Notes: generated by a model not told the origin, from the sequence alone. Shown: positions 10,900-24,852, counted from the first letter of the stretch. The stretch: 64,000 nucleotides of DNA from Nitrospirales bacterium (GCA_965203295.1 CBDBCZ010000017.1:256001-320000); one strand, 5' to 3'. Made by a program: numbers and translations.

Positions 10900-13520
10900 C
10901 AGGCATACAGTGAAGGTTCGAGTGAGAATCAGGATGGTTTGACAACACCAAACCTCTTGGTACCACTGTGATGAAGGGGGAAGCTGACCTGAAAGTCAGT
11001 TTGGAAAGCAAGACTTCATGGGAGTTTCTAGTCAGTTTGGGGTGGTTCAACTACATCGAACCTCTTCGAACCACTGTGGTGAAGTGGGAAGCTGGTTGGG
11101 TCAATTCAGGGTGCACCAAACCATCTTGAACCACTGTGATGTAGGAGAAAGCAGGCCTACGCCAACCCTCCTTGGACATATTACCATGGTTACGATTGAA
11201 GCAAGCAATTGGCACTTGTGTTACGTCTAGCTTCACTGCCAAAGCTCGCCATCCTCATAAGCCGGCAGTCATACCAACCATTTTTATTGACGAAAAACAG
11301 TTTTGTGCATGCTTATATGACTGTGAAAAGGATGTGTTAATGATATCGGAAAACAAATTACTAGCCACCTGTCAAGGAGTGGATTGGCATTTCACTGGCT
11401 TGTATTAAAGCACAGGTAAGCAGGGCTACGGCCACGCCTAGACATTACTGCCACTGCTAATCTATAATATTATCGAGATTGTCTCTTCTGCCTAAATGCT
11501 AGCTACACCCCTGGTACTGCTACATAACCTTATGTTCCCATGTCCTGTATCTGTTCAGACTGTTTCTGCAGGAACTGCCCGCTAAAGTAACAAAGTATCC
11601 TGCCCTGATCAAGTCCCAATTGGAAGCGTGTGGCAGACTCGACCACTTCACTGGTCTGAGGGACAATAACGTCAATTGGAACGTAGCACGGTGTCCCTGG
11701 AGTATTAATAATAATACCTTACCTGTACTCCCTATACCACCATCAAAAAGGAGGAGAACCAAAATGGACAGTCCCTGCATTTGAATGTTTACTCTTAATG
11801 AAAACAACAAGATGTTTACAGACGTAAATTATAACGGGTTAGTCAAGTTGTGTAGAAGTTTGCACAGATGCTTGGTTCTAAAAGGTCATCATATATCGGA
11901 GTATTCAAACCTCCCAAAAGTCACTCGAACCTTCCCTGTATGCCTGCATCCCCCTTCGGCACAGTGGTTCGAGGAGGTTCGGTAAGGTCAAACCACCCCA
12001 AACTCAATCGAAGCTTCCCTGTAGGCCTGCTTCCCCCTACATGACAGTGGTTCGAGAAAGTTCTGTGCCGTTGAACCTTTCTGAACCGACTCCAAACTTC
12101 CCTTCCAACCAGCTTCCCCATCATCGCAGTTGTTTGAGGAGGTTTGATGTGGTCGAACCACCCCAAACTAGCTAACTCAAAACTTCCCTGTAGCCCTGCT
12201 TTCCCTGCAGAAAAGTGGTTCGACAAGGTTTGCTGTGGTCGAACTACCCCGTACTCACTCGAACTTGCCCATGCCAGCAGACCTGCTTCCCTTTGTGACA
12301 GTGGTTCAAAGAGGTTCGGTGTAGTCAAACCACCCCAAACTTACTCGAACCTGCCTGTAGGCGTGCTTCTCTCTTTATCACATTGGTTCGAGGTCGAACC
12401 TCCCTGAACTCACTCCAAACTGCCCTTCAGGCCAGCTTCCTCCTTCATCATAGTGGTTCAAGGGGGTTCAGTGTGGTATAACTACCTCAAACTCTCTTCA
12501 ACCTTCCCTGTAGGCCTGCTTCCCCATTCGTCACAGTGGGTCGAGGAGGTTCGGTGGGGTCGAATCACCCCAAAGTCACTCCAATGTTTCCTGTATGCCT
12601 CCTTCTTCCTTCGTCACAGTATTTTGAGGAGTTTCAGTGTATTCGACCTCTCACTCGAATCTTCCCTGTATGCCTGTATCCCCTTCATCACCGTGGTTTA
12701 ATGAGGTTCAGTGAGGTTGAACTGCCAGTAACTCACTCGAATCTTGCCTGTATGCCTGCATTCCCCTTCTACACAGTGGCTTAATGAGGTTCAGTGAGGT
12801 CGAACTGCCAGTAGTTATCTCACTCGAACCTTCCCTGTAGGTCTGCTTCTCTCTACATCACTGTGGTTCGATAAGGTTCGGTGACCCTCCCAGATCTCAC
12901 TCCAAACTTCCCTTCACGCCAGCTTCCCCCTTCATCACAGTGGTTCGAGGGGTTTAGTGCTGTCATACCAGCCCGATCTCATTCTAACCTTCCCTGTATT
13001 CCTGCTTCCCATTCGTCACAGTGATTTGGTGTATTCGAGCCTCCCTGAACTCATTCAAACCTTTCCTGTATGCCTACACCCCCCTTCGTCATAGTGGTTC
13101 GAGGAGGTTTGGTGAGGTCGAACTGCCACAAACACACTTGAAGCTTACCTGTAGGCCTGCTTTCTCCTACACCACAGTGGCTCAAGATGGTTTGGTGCAC
13201 CCTGAATTGACCCAACCAGCTTCCCACTTCACCACAGTGGTTCGAAGAGGTTCGATGTAGTTGTACCACCCCAAACTGACTATAAACACCCATGTACTCT
13301 TGCTTCCCCTACAGAAAAGTGGTTCGAGGAGTTTTGGTGTGGACGAACCACCCTACACTCCTTGAACCTGCCCAGTAGTTCAGCTTCTTCCTTCATGACA
13401 GTCGTTCAAAGGGGTTCAGTCTAGTTAAACCACCCTGAACTGGCTCAAAGCTGCCCTGTAGTCCTGCTTCCCCTGCAGGAAAGTGATTCGAGGGGTTTTG
13501 GTGTGGTCAAACTACTATCC
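10900..13520. repeat. Degenerate ~83 bp satellite (about 11905-13520) with an inverted block (about 10900-11160) flanking a unique core
   Basis: Recurrent AACCTTCCCTGTAGGCCTGCTTCC...CACAGTGGTTCGAGGAGGTTC units. 11018-11160 is the reverse complement of ~13150-13295. Confidence 0.8.
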
Positions 13521-13915
13521 GAGTCTACCTAAAAGCGTTGAAGTGACAAAGTGCAGACTGGAGTTGTAAATTATGTAATGCTGATGTCATGTCTCCTTGT
13601 CAGGTGTCTATTAGTCTGAGTCACTGAAACACCCATGATCAGGTGTTTTCACTCCTGCATTGACGGACTAGCTTAGAGACTTACAATGATGTGATTCAAA
13701 GAGGCCAGTTTTTACTTCTACATGTGTCGTATCCCTTAGGTAGTGTAACATTATTTACAGCTGTATATAAGGCATACTGTGCTTAGGTATACCAAATGTC
13801 GATACATAAATTAAAATATTATAACCAGCTAGCTAAGAAGTTATTATTGCCTAAAACAATACATGTAGTTCATTGTCTCTGGAAGGCTATAGGTCATAGC
13901 CAGTTTTCAGTGCAA

Positions 13916-15014
13916 TCATTGGCCACTGGTACCGGTGAAAACATACTCCCCTGAAGCTGGGTCTTGAGAGAGGTTCACCACTAACCCACATGGGAACTTA
14001 TCAAGATCAAAAGTTGTTGGAGAACCAATGACGTTAATGGGGTCGAATATCTTTCCAATTCTTTCCTTAACCACTGCAAATGACAGACTATTATGCAATT
14101 GAAATTGTACCTCCGTACCAGGTTGCACATCTGGCTGAACCACCAGCAGAGCATCATCCTTGTACAGACCAATGTTGTACACTCCATCGCAGGGAGATTT
14201 GGCGGCATTTTTCACCACAAAATATCCGTCGGGGCTTGACTCTGCAGAAACTGCAATCAGAAAACAACACAATGTACTAAATAATTCAAGTATATTGTAC
14301 TGTGTACCCTTCCGTATATCAGTCTGTTCTGTACATTGTGTACACATTCCTTAAGAATAATATGTACACACAATTACTACTGATTGCAAAACTACAGTTC
14401 ACTGCGTGGGGCATGCAGCTTTGTTCAACACATGCACCAGGCTAGAAATAAAAAATAAGCACGCTTTGTACCTTTGATCCACCCACGTAAAACACTAATG
14501 TAGTAGTCACGCTCTTAATCATTATGCGCCTGCCACCAGTTTTGCCATATTTGGCGACAAACGCCAACTATCATAGAAACAGCCAATCACCGAATCGTAC
14601 TGAAGCTACATAAGAGCAGCAACTGATAACATAGATAATTTTAATGAGGTACTAGCGTTCACTGTACATGTACACGCAGCTGTGCTGTAACTAGGACGAG
14701 GCAAACCTCAGTTATAGCATGCAGCAGCTGAAAAACGCACCTTTTAATACAGCGGCGTTGAAAGCGCTATCTTGTTTAATCTCCCAAGTGCTTCCCGGTT
14801 GAGCTGGGAACGGTCCCATCGTAAACTTTACATTGTCTTCAGCGTAGTAGGCTCCGACTCCAGTACTTGCGGGATACACAAATTCAGCCTTTGTTTGAGC
14901 AACCAGGACACGCCATGCTACCTTCGAACCCGTCTCGTAAACGACCACCTGGAAGTTCACAGCGCCAGTACCGTTGATGTAGGTAATGGGAATGTCTTGC
15001 GCTGGATCAGACAT
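13916..15014 (-). CDS. Family gene A4: exons 15014-14741 and 14250-13916, 202 aa
   Basis: 274+335 nt, GT-AG phase-1 intron, intact frame. Confidence 0.9.
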
Positions 15015-16219
15015 TTTGATCTACGAACGCGCCGTGAACAATAGCTATACAGATGTACACCACTAAGACGTCGTGCAAATTGGAGTACTTTATTATCTGA
15101 ACAACAGGAAGCTCCCATAAGTCAATTATTGACGTAGTCACGCGTGACGTGCGACCTCCTCTGATGCGAGACGTGCGAGGGTAGTGTAATGAAGAGTGGG
15201 CGAATAGTGTAATGAAGAGCTGTCCCAGGCCAAAGGTCACATGGAGGGAGGATGGTCCAATCCTCACTGGCTGGGTTGTACTGGAAGATGAGGCTATTAT
15301 ACCGCTACCACAAGCACCTTGATCCGAGTCCAGTCAGGGGACATACTCTATACTCTTTTTTTTTTTTTCTTACCGAAAGAGCAGTAGTCGTATGTAGTAA
15401 ATAACACTCTGCTGGCGCAGCATTTTTTTGTTACTTCAAATTATGCCAGTACTGGAAACAGTTCCGGTTTCGGGGTCTGAAATGCAGTTTCTGGTGCCGG
15501 TGCACATAGCTAATACTCATCCCAAGCCTCAATTTTTTTTAGCCTTTTATTTTTGGCGTACAGTGTTGCCATGATGAGGTTATTGAAAGCCAACATTAAT
15601 TCGTGATACTAAGAAGAGTAAATCCTGGTCAATCTATGATGAATAGGATGCATGGTGTAGCTAGGTAGCCAGCACCGCTCCAGTGAGTCCAGTCGCTCTT
15701 GGTGACGTCCTCTGGAGACCTTACGTACGAAGTCTGCCTGTGTCTGTGAGTGCCAATAGTTTAAGCATTACAGCAGCAAGATGAGTGTTACTAAAAACTA
15801 TAAAATGTAAATATATTATGCTAATAATGGTAAATCCAAGAAAAATACTTGGTTGCTAGCTATAAGTTATGCATGCAGTTCACCCCGAATCTCACATTAC
15901 TATGGTAGCGAGCTAAATTATAGTTGTTAATAGATTTGGGCCTACATCTGGATGCCCTGAAGTATAAGATGTGAGAAATTAGCTGAATAGAAAATGTTTC
16001 CTTTCCTGCTAATTGCAGCCTGGCAGCCGTACAAATTAAAGGCACCGCTCAACACTACTGTTGCACGCGTAAGTACTGTGTACGGCAGAATTTCCTTGAA
16101 TAATAAGGACATACAACACTATTGACTTGCAGGTGCTCTGCTGCCTTTGCTTTGGCTTGTAGCTCGCTCTCATGTGTCTGGAGAGGTGTTGGCTGCAGAA
16201 TTAGGGTGCTAGAGTGGAG

Positions 16220-16305
<86 letters not shown>

Positions 16306-16720
16306 GCAAGCACTGCAAGGTGAGAGTTTAGATGGGCTGAGGGCCACTCAGTTACGTGATATGGTAGCGAAACAGGGAAGGGACAGTCCAACATCTGTAT
16401 ATATGATCATGCCTGTGTGTTCATTGTTGGTTACTATAGGCCACTGGAAGCAGTGCAACCAGTGACGCTCTAGTCTCCTCCAGCTTGCTGTACCACACTA
16501 TACCTGTGTCGCACTGTGCATGATGGGGGTGGGTGGATGCCTAACTGATTAAGATGACTGATTTGGGAAGATGTCCAATGCTAATTTTAAGAGAACTAAT
16601 TCTTGAAAACTAAACAACCAGCTAGCTAAGTATTGAGTAAAACACCACTGTCCATTTTATTGTCTTTGAAGGGTTATCTATCAGATCAGTCATATAGCTA
16701 ATTAAATTTCAGTGTAGTAA

Positions 16721-17075
16721 CTAGCTGCTGGAGAAAATGTACTTCCCTCCCTAGGCCTCTGGCTCTTTAGTGAGGGTCACCACTAACCCACACGGGAACT
16801 CTGTGGGAGCCAGAATGTGACATCATAGCGGAAAATGTCTTTAGAAGATGTCATTTTGTCTTTTGGGACCACTCCAAACAACAACCTTGGCTGTAATTGA
16901 AAATTCACCTGGTCACCGGGAGGCACATCCAGTGCTGAACCACCAGCAGATTGCCATTCTTGTACAGACCATGCAATGTACTTTTCATTACTACTTGAAC
17001 AACAGCAGCAGAAACATTGTTTTTCACCACAATAGCTCCATCAGGTTTGGGATCATGGTCAGAAAGGCAACACAA
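16721..17075 (-). pseudogene. Near-complete last-exon pseudogene of the family
   Basis: DHDPKPDGAIVVKNN...LYKNGNLLVVQ...EFPCGLVVTLTKEPEA*GGKYIFSSS* with frameshifts and an internal TAG. Confidence 0.75.
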
Positions 17076-17384
17076 TGAATGCAGCCCCAAACATTAACTG
17101 CACAATAAACTGAGACCACTATATAATAGCTACTTATACTTAGACCTGCATGTATTTTGTGCTGATTCTACTCAGTATAAGCACCCTAGTTTCCGTGCTT
17201 GACGTAGGCCTCAGAAACCACCAGATGCAACGTTTATTGATTGAAATCTCCTCGGGAAGCATGCTGGTGTCAGGACATAGATCATGCAGATATAGTGCTA
17301 TTATATAGACACCCACATAAACTCTGGAGTACATGTAACGGTACTTCTATTCGGAGACTGCACATTTTTGTGGTACTGTGTCAG

Positions 17385-17500
17385 ATAGACCGCACCCACT
17401 CGTGTGTTATGCGCTATAACCCACTTGTTTACATTTATCCCTCGGCTTCGCCTCGGGATAACCGCAAACTCGTGGGCTACATAACCGCATAACCCACTCT
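17385..17500. repeat. Hairpin element centred on CCTCGGCTTCGCCTCGG; copies at ~30580-30712 and a half copy at ~60000-60070
   Basis: GTTATGCGCTATAACCCAC pairs with GTGGGCTACATAACCGCATAAC. Near-identical dispersed copy present. Confidence 0.7.
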
Positions 17501-17735
17501 TTGTATATGCTATACGTAGCTAATGTCAGACTTGTTTATCAAGACTATGTACATGTACATGTGACATGTAATGGCATATCACGACTGGTGGATCCGCCCA
17601 CTCTTCATTATACTACCCTTGCACGTCAGTAATATTATGGTCACAACTTCCTGCTGTTCATATAATGAAATACTCCAATTTGCACGATGTTTTGGTGTAG
17701 ACTAGCTATTGTTCACGACGCGTTCGTAGATCAAA

Positions 17736-19106
17736 ATGTCTGATCCAGCGCAAGACATCCCTGTTACCTACATCAACAGTACTGGCGCGGTGGACTTCCA
17801 GGTGGAACCTTAACCAACGACTACAATATCCGTAGAAAAACGAGTACAACTTCCGGGTCCACCGGTACAAGACATCTCTGTTACCTACATCAACAATACT
17901 GGCGCGGTGGACTTCCAGGTGGTCGTTTATGCGACGAGTTCGAAGGTAGCATGGCGTGTCCTGGTTGCTCAAACAGAGGCTGAATTTGTGTATCACGAAA
18001 GTACTGAAGTCGGAGCCTACTACTTTCAAGACAATGTAAAGATTACGATGGGACCGTTCCCAGCTCAACCGGGAAGCACTTGGGAAATTGAACAAGATAG
18101 CGCTTACAACGCCGCTGTATTAAAAGAAGGTGCGTCTTTCAGCAGCTGTATGCTATAACTGAGGTTTGCCTTGTCCTAGTTACAGCACAGTTGCGTGTAC
18201 AGTGAATGCTATTACCTCATTATTAGTTGCTCTTTTATAGCTTCAGTACGATTCGGTGATTGGCTGTTTCTATGATAGTGGCCGTTTGTCGCCAAATATG
18301 GCAAAACTGGCAGCAGGCACATAATAATTAAGAGCGTGACTACTACATTAGGGTTTTGCGTGGGTGGATCAAAGGTACAAAGTGTGCTTATTTTTTATTT
18401 CTAGCCTGGTGCATGTGTGCTACCCCCAGTGCACTGTGGTTTTGCAATCAGTAGTAATTGTGTGTACACATTAGAAAATTAACTCTAATGGAATGTGTAT
18501 AGGCATGTAGTGCTCAAGGTACAGAACAGACAGTGATGCAGAAAGGTCATTATAGAAAACAGCACTTAGTTATAATGTGGTCGTTTGTCGCCAAAAATAG
18601 CAAAACTGCATTGCACTGTGGTTTTGCAATCATTAGTAGTTGTGTGTACACATTATCCTTAAGGAATGTGTACGCAATGTACAGATCTATAACAGGCTGA
18701 TTTAGAAGGGTACACAGTACAATGTACTTGAATTATTTAGTGCAAAATATTGTGTTGTTTTCTGATTGCAGTTTCTGCAGAATCAAACCCCAACGGAAAT
18801 TTTGTGGTGAAAAATGTCGCCAAATCTCCTTGCAATGGAACGTACAACATTGGTCTGTACAAGGATGATGCTCTACTGGTGGTTCAGCCAGATGTGCGCA
18901 TCGGTACAACAGTGCAATTTCAATTGCAGAATAGTCTGTCGTTTGGAGTGGTTCAGGAAGTAAGTGCTGGAAATATATTCAACCCTGATAACGTCAAGTC
19001 TCCAACAAAGTTTGATCTCGATAAGTTCCCATGTGGGTTAGTGGTGACCCTCTCTCAAGACCCAGCTTCAGGGGAGTATGTTTTCACCGGTACCAGTGGC
19101 GAATGA
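17736..19106 (+). CDS. Family gene A5 (inverted): ATG 17736, first exon to 18129 interrupted by a 117-bp duplication/insert with in-frame TAA, last exon 18772-19106; pseudogene unless 17802-17918 is spliced out
   Basis: MSDPAQDIPVTYINSTGAVDFQVEP* then QDISVTYINNTGAVDFQVVVYA... in the same frame. Donor at 18130, acceptor at 18771. Confidence 0.7.
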
Positions 19107-19807
19107 TTACACTGAAAACTGGCTATGGCCTATAGCCTTCCAGAGACAATGAACTACATGACTAGTGTTTTAGGCAATAATAACTTCTTAGCTAGCTGCA
19201 TGGATATAATATTTAATTTATGTATGTTTCTTATTGACATTTGGTATACCTAAGCACAGAATGCCTTATATACAGCTGTAAATAATGTTACACTACCTAA
19301 GGGATACGACACATGTAGAAGTAAAAACTGGCGTCTTCGAATCACATCAATGTAAGTCTCTAAGCTAGCTGTATTTACCAAATAGCATGCTACGAGTCTG
19401 TCAGTGCAGGAGTGAAAACACCTGATCATGGGTGTTTCAGTGACTCAGACTAATAGACACCTGGTTGACTCTTAGTCTGAGCCTCCATCATATCCACAAG
19501 GATCGATGTACCATAAACTCTGGGGTATAAATACCCATCAAATACAAGTACCCATTAAACCCGTTGCTGTCCACTTCCTGAATAGTAGTACCCATGCAGA
19601 AAGTACACAGCTGCAGCGAATATAGCTAAGTACCCTTCTGGCAACTAAGTAAACTGGGATGTACATAATTAAATAAGGTTGCTAGGAATGTAATTAATTC
19701 AACGTAAAGCAATCTTAGGACAGCCACGCGTTCCGGTTGGTAAAAAGCGTCATTAACCTTTCATAACAGAATTACAATAGCCCCTTTACCGCTATTACGT
19801 CATAACA

Positions 19808-19927
19808 ATTTTTTTTTTTTTTTTTTTTAGCGCGCGTAGAATATATAAATCATACAATACAATACAATACAATACAATACAAAAAAACAAAAAACAAAAC
19901 AAAAAAAACAAAAAAAAAAACAACAAT
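19808..19927. repeat. Poly-T, (AATAC)n and A-rich low-complexity tract
   Basis: Read directly from the sequence. Confidence 0.85.
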
Positions 19928-20235
19928 TTATATTGCGTACGCGTGTGGGGGGAAAGTGCGTACTAATTGGAATTGAAGATTTCGTTGTCAGACTAGCGGG
20001 CGTTTTCGAGCTTTTGTATTTGCAGTGGAAGACAAATTTGCAGGTTTATTGTAAGTGTTATATGAGTGTATAGTGATAGCGTGGATAATTTGAATTAAAA
20101 TGACCATTGGTGGTTTGTAGATTATAGGTACATTGTAGGCCGTGTAGGCTGGTCAGTAGCTACTGTGCTGTGAGGAAGTGAGTATTAAAAGCGAGATTAC
20201 GAATTGAGAAAGTTTTGTGGACTTAAGACCTTGAA

Positions 20236-20320
20236 ATGCCCAAGAATTGGGCCATTTCTGGTTGTAGGAGCAGGTCTAACAAGGAAGGAAGTGCATCCGT
20301 GTCATTTCATCTGAGGCATA
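20236..20320 (+). pseudogene. Degenerate THAP-domain N-terminus, probably a DNA-transposon relic
   Basis: MPKNWAISGCRSRSNKEGSASVSFH resembles the THAP consensus MPxxCxxxGCxN......VSFHxFP, with the first Cys lost. Confidence 0.45.
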
Positions 20321-20553
20321 TAATTAAGTGGCTTGTAAGTATCGAAAGTCACTGGCATGCTTTGCCTTTTTCTGTTTTTTTTTTTTCTGCTGGTCAAGGA
20401 TCTTGTAAGTCTCATGGTTGGGTGCATATTTAAATTAGCTCACTGCTATTTTTAAATTAGACTAAGTACCTGTGCATAGTAAATGCATAAACCTTTCATT
20501 GAGAAAACAGAACAATATCAAAAAGTCAAAACATCTTTTTTTTACAGTGACAG

Positions 20554-23215
20554 CAAGTACATCAACACCAGCAATGCCAATGTCGACTACTGACATCCCC
20601 ATCAAATACATCAATGATACTGGTTCTACTGATTTTTCAGTAGTAGTGTTCACGAAGAACTTCAGTGTTGATACTCCTAAGACATACTTTGCAGCCTGGG
20701 AAGTTATCCGCGTCCAAACTTCCTCTGGATTTGTATATCCTATAACAACTTCTGTTGGAGCATCATATCAACATCATGATCAACACAACACGATGGGTCC
20801 CTTTGGTGCTGAGCCGGGATCAACCTGGGAAATTAATCAGAATAATCCAGCAACTGCTCCTCTTATAATGCCAGGTTTGTACGCATGCAGTGCGACCAAT
20901 CATCGGATGTGTTACTGTAAATTAGTGGTCTGGTGTGCTTGCATGCGTCATTGGCCAAAATTGATTACAGTCAACTCTCTCTTAACGGACGCTCCGAATA
21001 GCGGACTCACACGTTATAGCGGACACAGCTCCATGCACGGATTGATTTCCCTATATTAGTATACAAAAAAAACTCCCGACTAACGGACTCTCTAGTTTCC
21101 GGACAGCGGACACTTCAGATTGAACACTGTAGTACAATACAATGATAGTCGTTTCCTGGCTAACAGACAGTGGGCGGGGCATAACAATCAATGCATGCAT
21201 ATCGCATGTACAATTTATTAATAAGTATGTACAGTCAATCTACAAACTTGAATCACTCTCTCTTGAATCACAAAGGTTCTCTCTCTTAAATCACAAAAGT
21301 TCTCTCTCTTGAATCACAAAATTTCTCTCTCTTGTGGCTGTGACACCATGACTCATTCTGACTCGCGCTCGACTAGCTCTATAGTCTATACTGTACTGCT
21401 TTGATACACTGACGTAGAAATTGCGCCATTTGAATTGGAAACCGTAAGCACGTGACTAATCTACCCGGTATTAGTGCTGATAATCATACACAGACTACAA
21501 TTGATCAATACTTTTCATAATTTTGAACTGTTGAGTCATTGAATGCTTATATTAAAGTTATTTTAACATCATTTAAGCATGAATTTTTTAAAACTCCCCA
21601 ATAAAGGACACTCTCTAAATAAAGGACAAAGGCTGTCGTACCAAAGTGTCCGCTATTTGGAGAGTTGACTGTATGACTAGTTCTGTGAACCAGTCTCCTA
21701 TACGCACTGTGTGTTTCTTGGCAAAGTATACTACGAGAGCTTGCCTGCGGACATTTATGCCACATGCCTTTATATCTAACATAGCTAACTATACTTTACC
21801 GTAGATTGGGAAACTTTCGCATATATTTTTTTTGCGGAAGAAATATTTGCGCGATTAATTTTCGCCACGTGGTGAAAAATTGAGTGTGGGTTAAACACAT
21901 ATATATCCCACTCACCCTTGTTACTTAGGTTACTAGAAGTCGTTATGAGTCATATTGACTTCCCTTTAGGTAAAAGGCTGGTATAACTCATACCGACTTC
22001 CCTTATAGGGTAACAATTTCATCCAATCAGACTATCATGCATTTATACAATATTATACTGCATTATGTGTAGCTGTACTTTACATGCATGCATTCAGGCA
22101 CAATATTTAGCATATACATAATACATTATAGTTAGCGTGAGTTACTGAATAGGTTCAATATAATAATGGCAGCAATGAGCGTGTCAATATATCCACCTCA
22201 GTGTGTCTGTAACTGTAAAAGCGGGTGGGAGGGGCTCAATACTGTCTTCCGAGTGGAGAAGCTCTGAATTAACCCCTGGACAGGCGGTCCAGTCGCACAT
22301 AACGAGGCAAGACGGCGAGTAAGGACTAGCGGCCTCAGCTTCTTCCATTATAAAGCCAGAATGTGAATCGTTGCTACGTGCTAACGTTGCTATAGTTCGT
22401 GGCCCCCGTGGACTGACCAATCAGATGGGATATATAACACTAACAGTACAGTTGTCAGGGATTTATGGCTATGTAAACAAACCTCGTCCTCGGGCTATCG
22501 CCCTCAAACTCTGTTCGTTTACTGCCATGAATCCCTGACAACTGTACTATAACTATAACTTTAGACGACAAAATTTCCCGATCTAAGGTACATGTATTGT
22601 TTGTCATAATTTTGCCTTATCTGTTGAAATTCCATTCCTCTCCACACAGTTCCAATAATGTAGACCTTGAGTTATGCTTGACTAATATTGGCCATTGGCA
22701 TGCATACTATAGAAAGGCCAGCACCACCTTTTGCTCTCCCATAGAAGCTCATGTCTCCCATTATAATATTATAGCTAGCGATGTATATCAGCACATTGAT
22801 GCAGGATATGGTTTTCCTTGCAGTGGCTGCTGTTCCCAATCCCAACAATACTATCGTGGTGAAGAATACACCTCCTCTCGGTGGTGCATGGTCCGGTCGA
22901 ATGTACGATGTCTCTCTGTATAAGAGTGGTAAGGTATTGATAACCCAGAAAGATGTGCACGTTGGCAGCCAAGCTATCTTAGAGCTGAAGCCAGAACTTT
23001 TCTTTGGAGTTGTTCACAACCTACAAGTTGGAGACATATTTACATCTCTCAACAAAACCGAAGCGCCTACAGCTTTTGACCTCAGCCAGTACCCCAATGG
23101 CCTGATGGTGACCCTCACCCAGGAGCCAGTTGGAGGCCAGTACACGTTTATAGGAGGACAAATGCCAGCACCTGAATATGGAAGATGTGAGCATCGTTTA
23201 AAGGCTAGTCTTTGA
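20554..23215 (+). CDS. Family gene B1: exon 20554-20874 (first in-frame ATG 20574) and exon 22824-23215; no presequence exon found upstream
   Basis: Acceptor TGACAG|, MPMSTTDIPIKYINDTGSTDFSVVVFTKNF..., donor CCAG|GTTTGT, acceptor CCTTGCAG|. Phase 1, intact. Confidence 0.82.
20968..21671. mobile_element. Tc1/mariner-type MITE in the B1 intron
   Basis: TA|CAGTCAACTCTC...GAGAGTTGACTG|TA. Repeated AGCGGACAC / GTGTCCGCT sub-terminal motifs. Confidence 0.85.
21797..22590. mobile_element. TACCGTAGAT-type MITE in the B1 intron with an internal hairpin element (~22445-22555)
   Basis: TACCGTAGATTGGGAAACTTTCG ... AAATTTCCCGATCTAAGGTA. Confidence 0.65.
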
Positions 23216-24852
23216 AACCCTATAGCTAAAACTACATTACTGACTTATTCTTTTTGTTAAATAGTTTGATTGTAGATTGAAACACACAATAGCTATTGCT
23301 CATAATTGTGTTATGAGTTGGTCACCATGCATGCAGCTGTTTCTTCTGTGCTGTGGACTAATATATGGATATACTGCACACCGAGCTACAGTGGACTGTA
23401 TACTCCTAGCTGCTTGTGGTAAAGTATCACTAATATAATATTCAGAAGGTCCTGGGTTTAATCCACAGCTGGGTGGCTCCCTCCCGTTTTCTTTTTTCAC
23501 ACAGCTTTTCATCTCGAGTTTGCAATGGTACACAATTTACTTTCACCATGCACATGCAATGATGCACTGATGACAGAAAGGGCATATCTAGCAGGTAGCA
23601 TGGGCTGCTAAACTCCATGCTCCCATTCTAGTTTGTAGTGGTACACCTTGTATGACTGTACCATGTACCGAACGCTCTACTCTGAAGAGCTCCCCTTAGA
23701 GCAGTCCCAGGCCAAAGGTCACATGGAAGGAGGATGGTCCAATCCTCACTGGCTGGGTTGTACTGGAAGACGAGGCTATATACCCCTTCCACAAGCACCT
23801 GCATCCGAGTCCAGTCAAGGGACATACTCTTTCTTTCAAAAGAGTATAATTTTTATTTCGTACCGGAAGAATAATAGTCGTACGTAGCGAATAACACTCT
23901 GCCGTTGCAGCATTTTCTTGTTACTTTAAATTATGCCAGTACCGGAAACAGTTTCGGTTTCGGGGTCTGAAATGTAGTTTCCAGTGTGCGCATAATCCTC
24001 ATCCCAAGCCTCACTTTTTATTCAGCCTTTTTTCTTGGTCGTACAGTGTTGCCGTTATTGAAAGCAAACATTAATTTGTGATACTAGGAAGAATAAATCC
24101 TGTTCTTAGGAGACCTTACGTACGAAATCTGCCTGTGTCTGTGGGTGCTAATAGTGTAAGCATTACAGCAGCAAGATGAGTATTACTAACCATTACAAAA
24201 TGTAAGTGTATTATGCTAATACTAGTGGTAAATCCAAGAAAAATGTTTGGTTGCTAGCTATAAGTCCATGCAGTTCACCCCGAATCTCACATTACTAACT
24301 AGCCATTTCAAGCCCATTTGCTTTGGTTTTTATGTATGTGGCTTTGAATATTGAAAGGAGATTTGAAATGGTGACTGTAGTTGACCAGACTGTCATTAGG
24401 TGATGTATAAGGTTTATGTTATTATAGCTGTTAATAGATTTGGACCTATAATTGCTCCATCTGGATGCCCTGAAGTATAAGATGTGAAAAATTATATTAG
24501 CTGAATAGAAAATGTTTCCTTTCCTGCTAATTGCAGCCTGGCAGCAATACAAATTAAAGGCACCGCTCAACACTACTGGCCATTGCTGACTTGCCAGTGC
24601 TCTGCCTTCTTCCGAGTGCATGTTGTACACGAATGTGTACGGCAGAATATCCTTGAATAATAAGGACAAACAACACTACTGACACTCAGTGACGTGATAT
24701 GGTAGCAAAACAGGGAAGGGACAGTCCAACATCTGTATACATGATCATGCCTGTGTGTTTATTGCTGGTTACTTGGCCACTGGAAGCAGTGCAACCACTG
24801 ACGCTCCAGCTTGCTGTACCACACTATACCTGTGTCGCACTGTGCATGGGGG

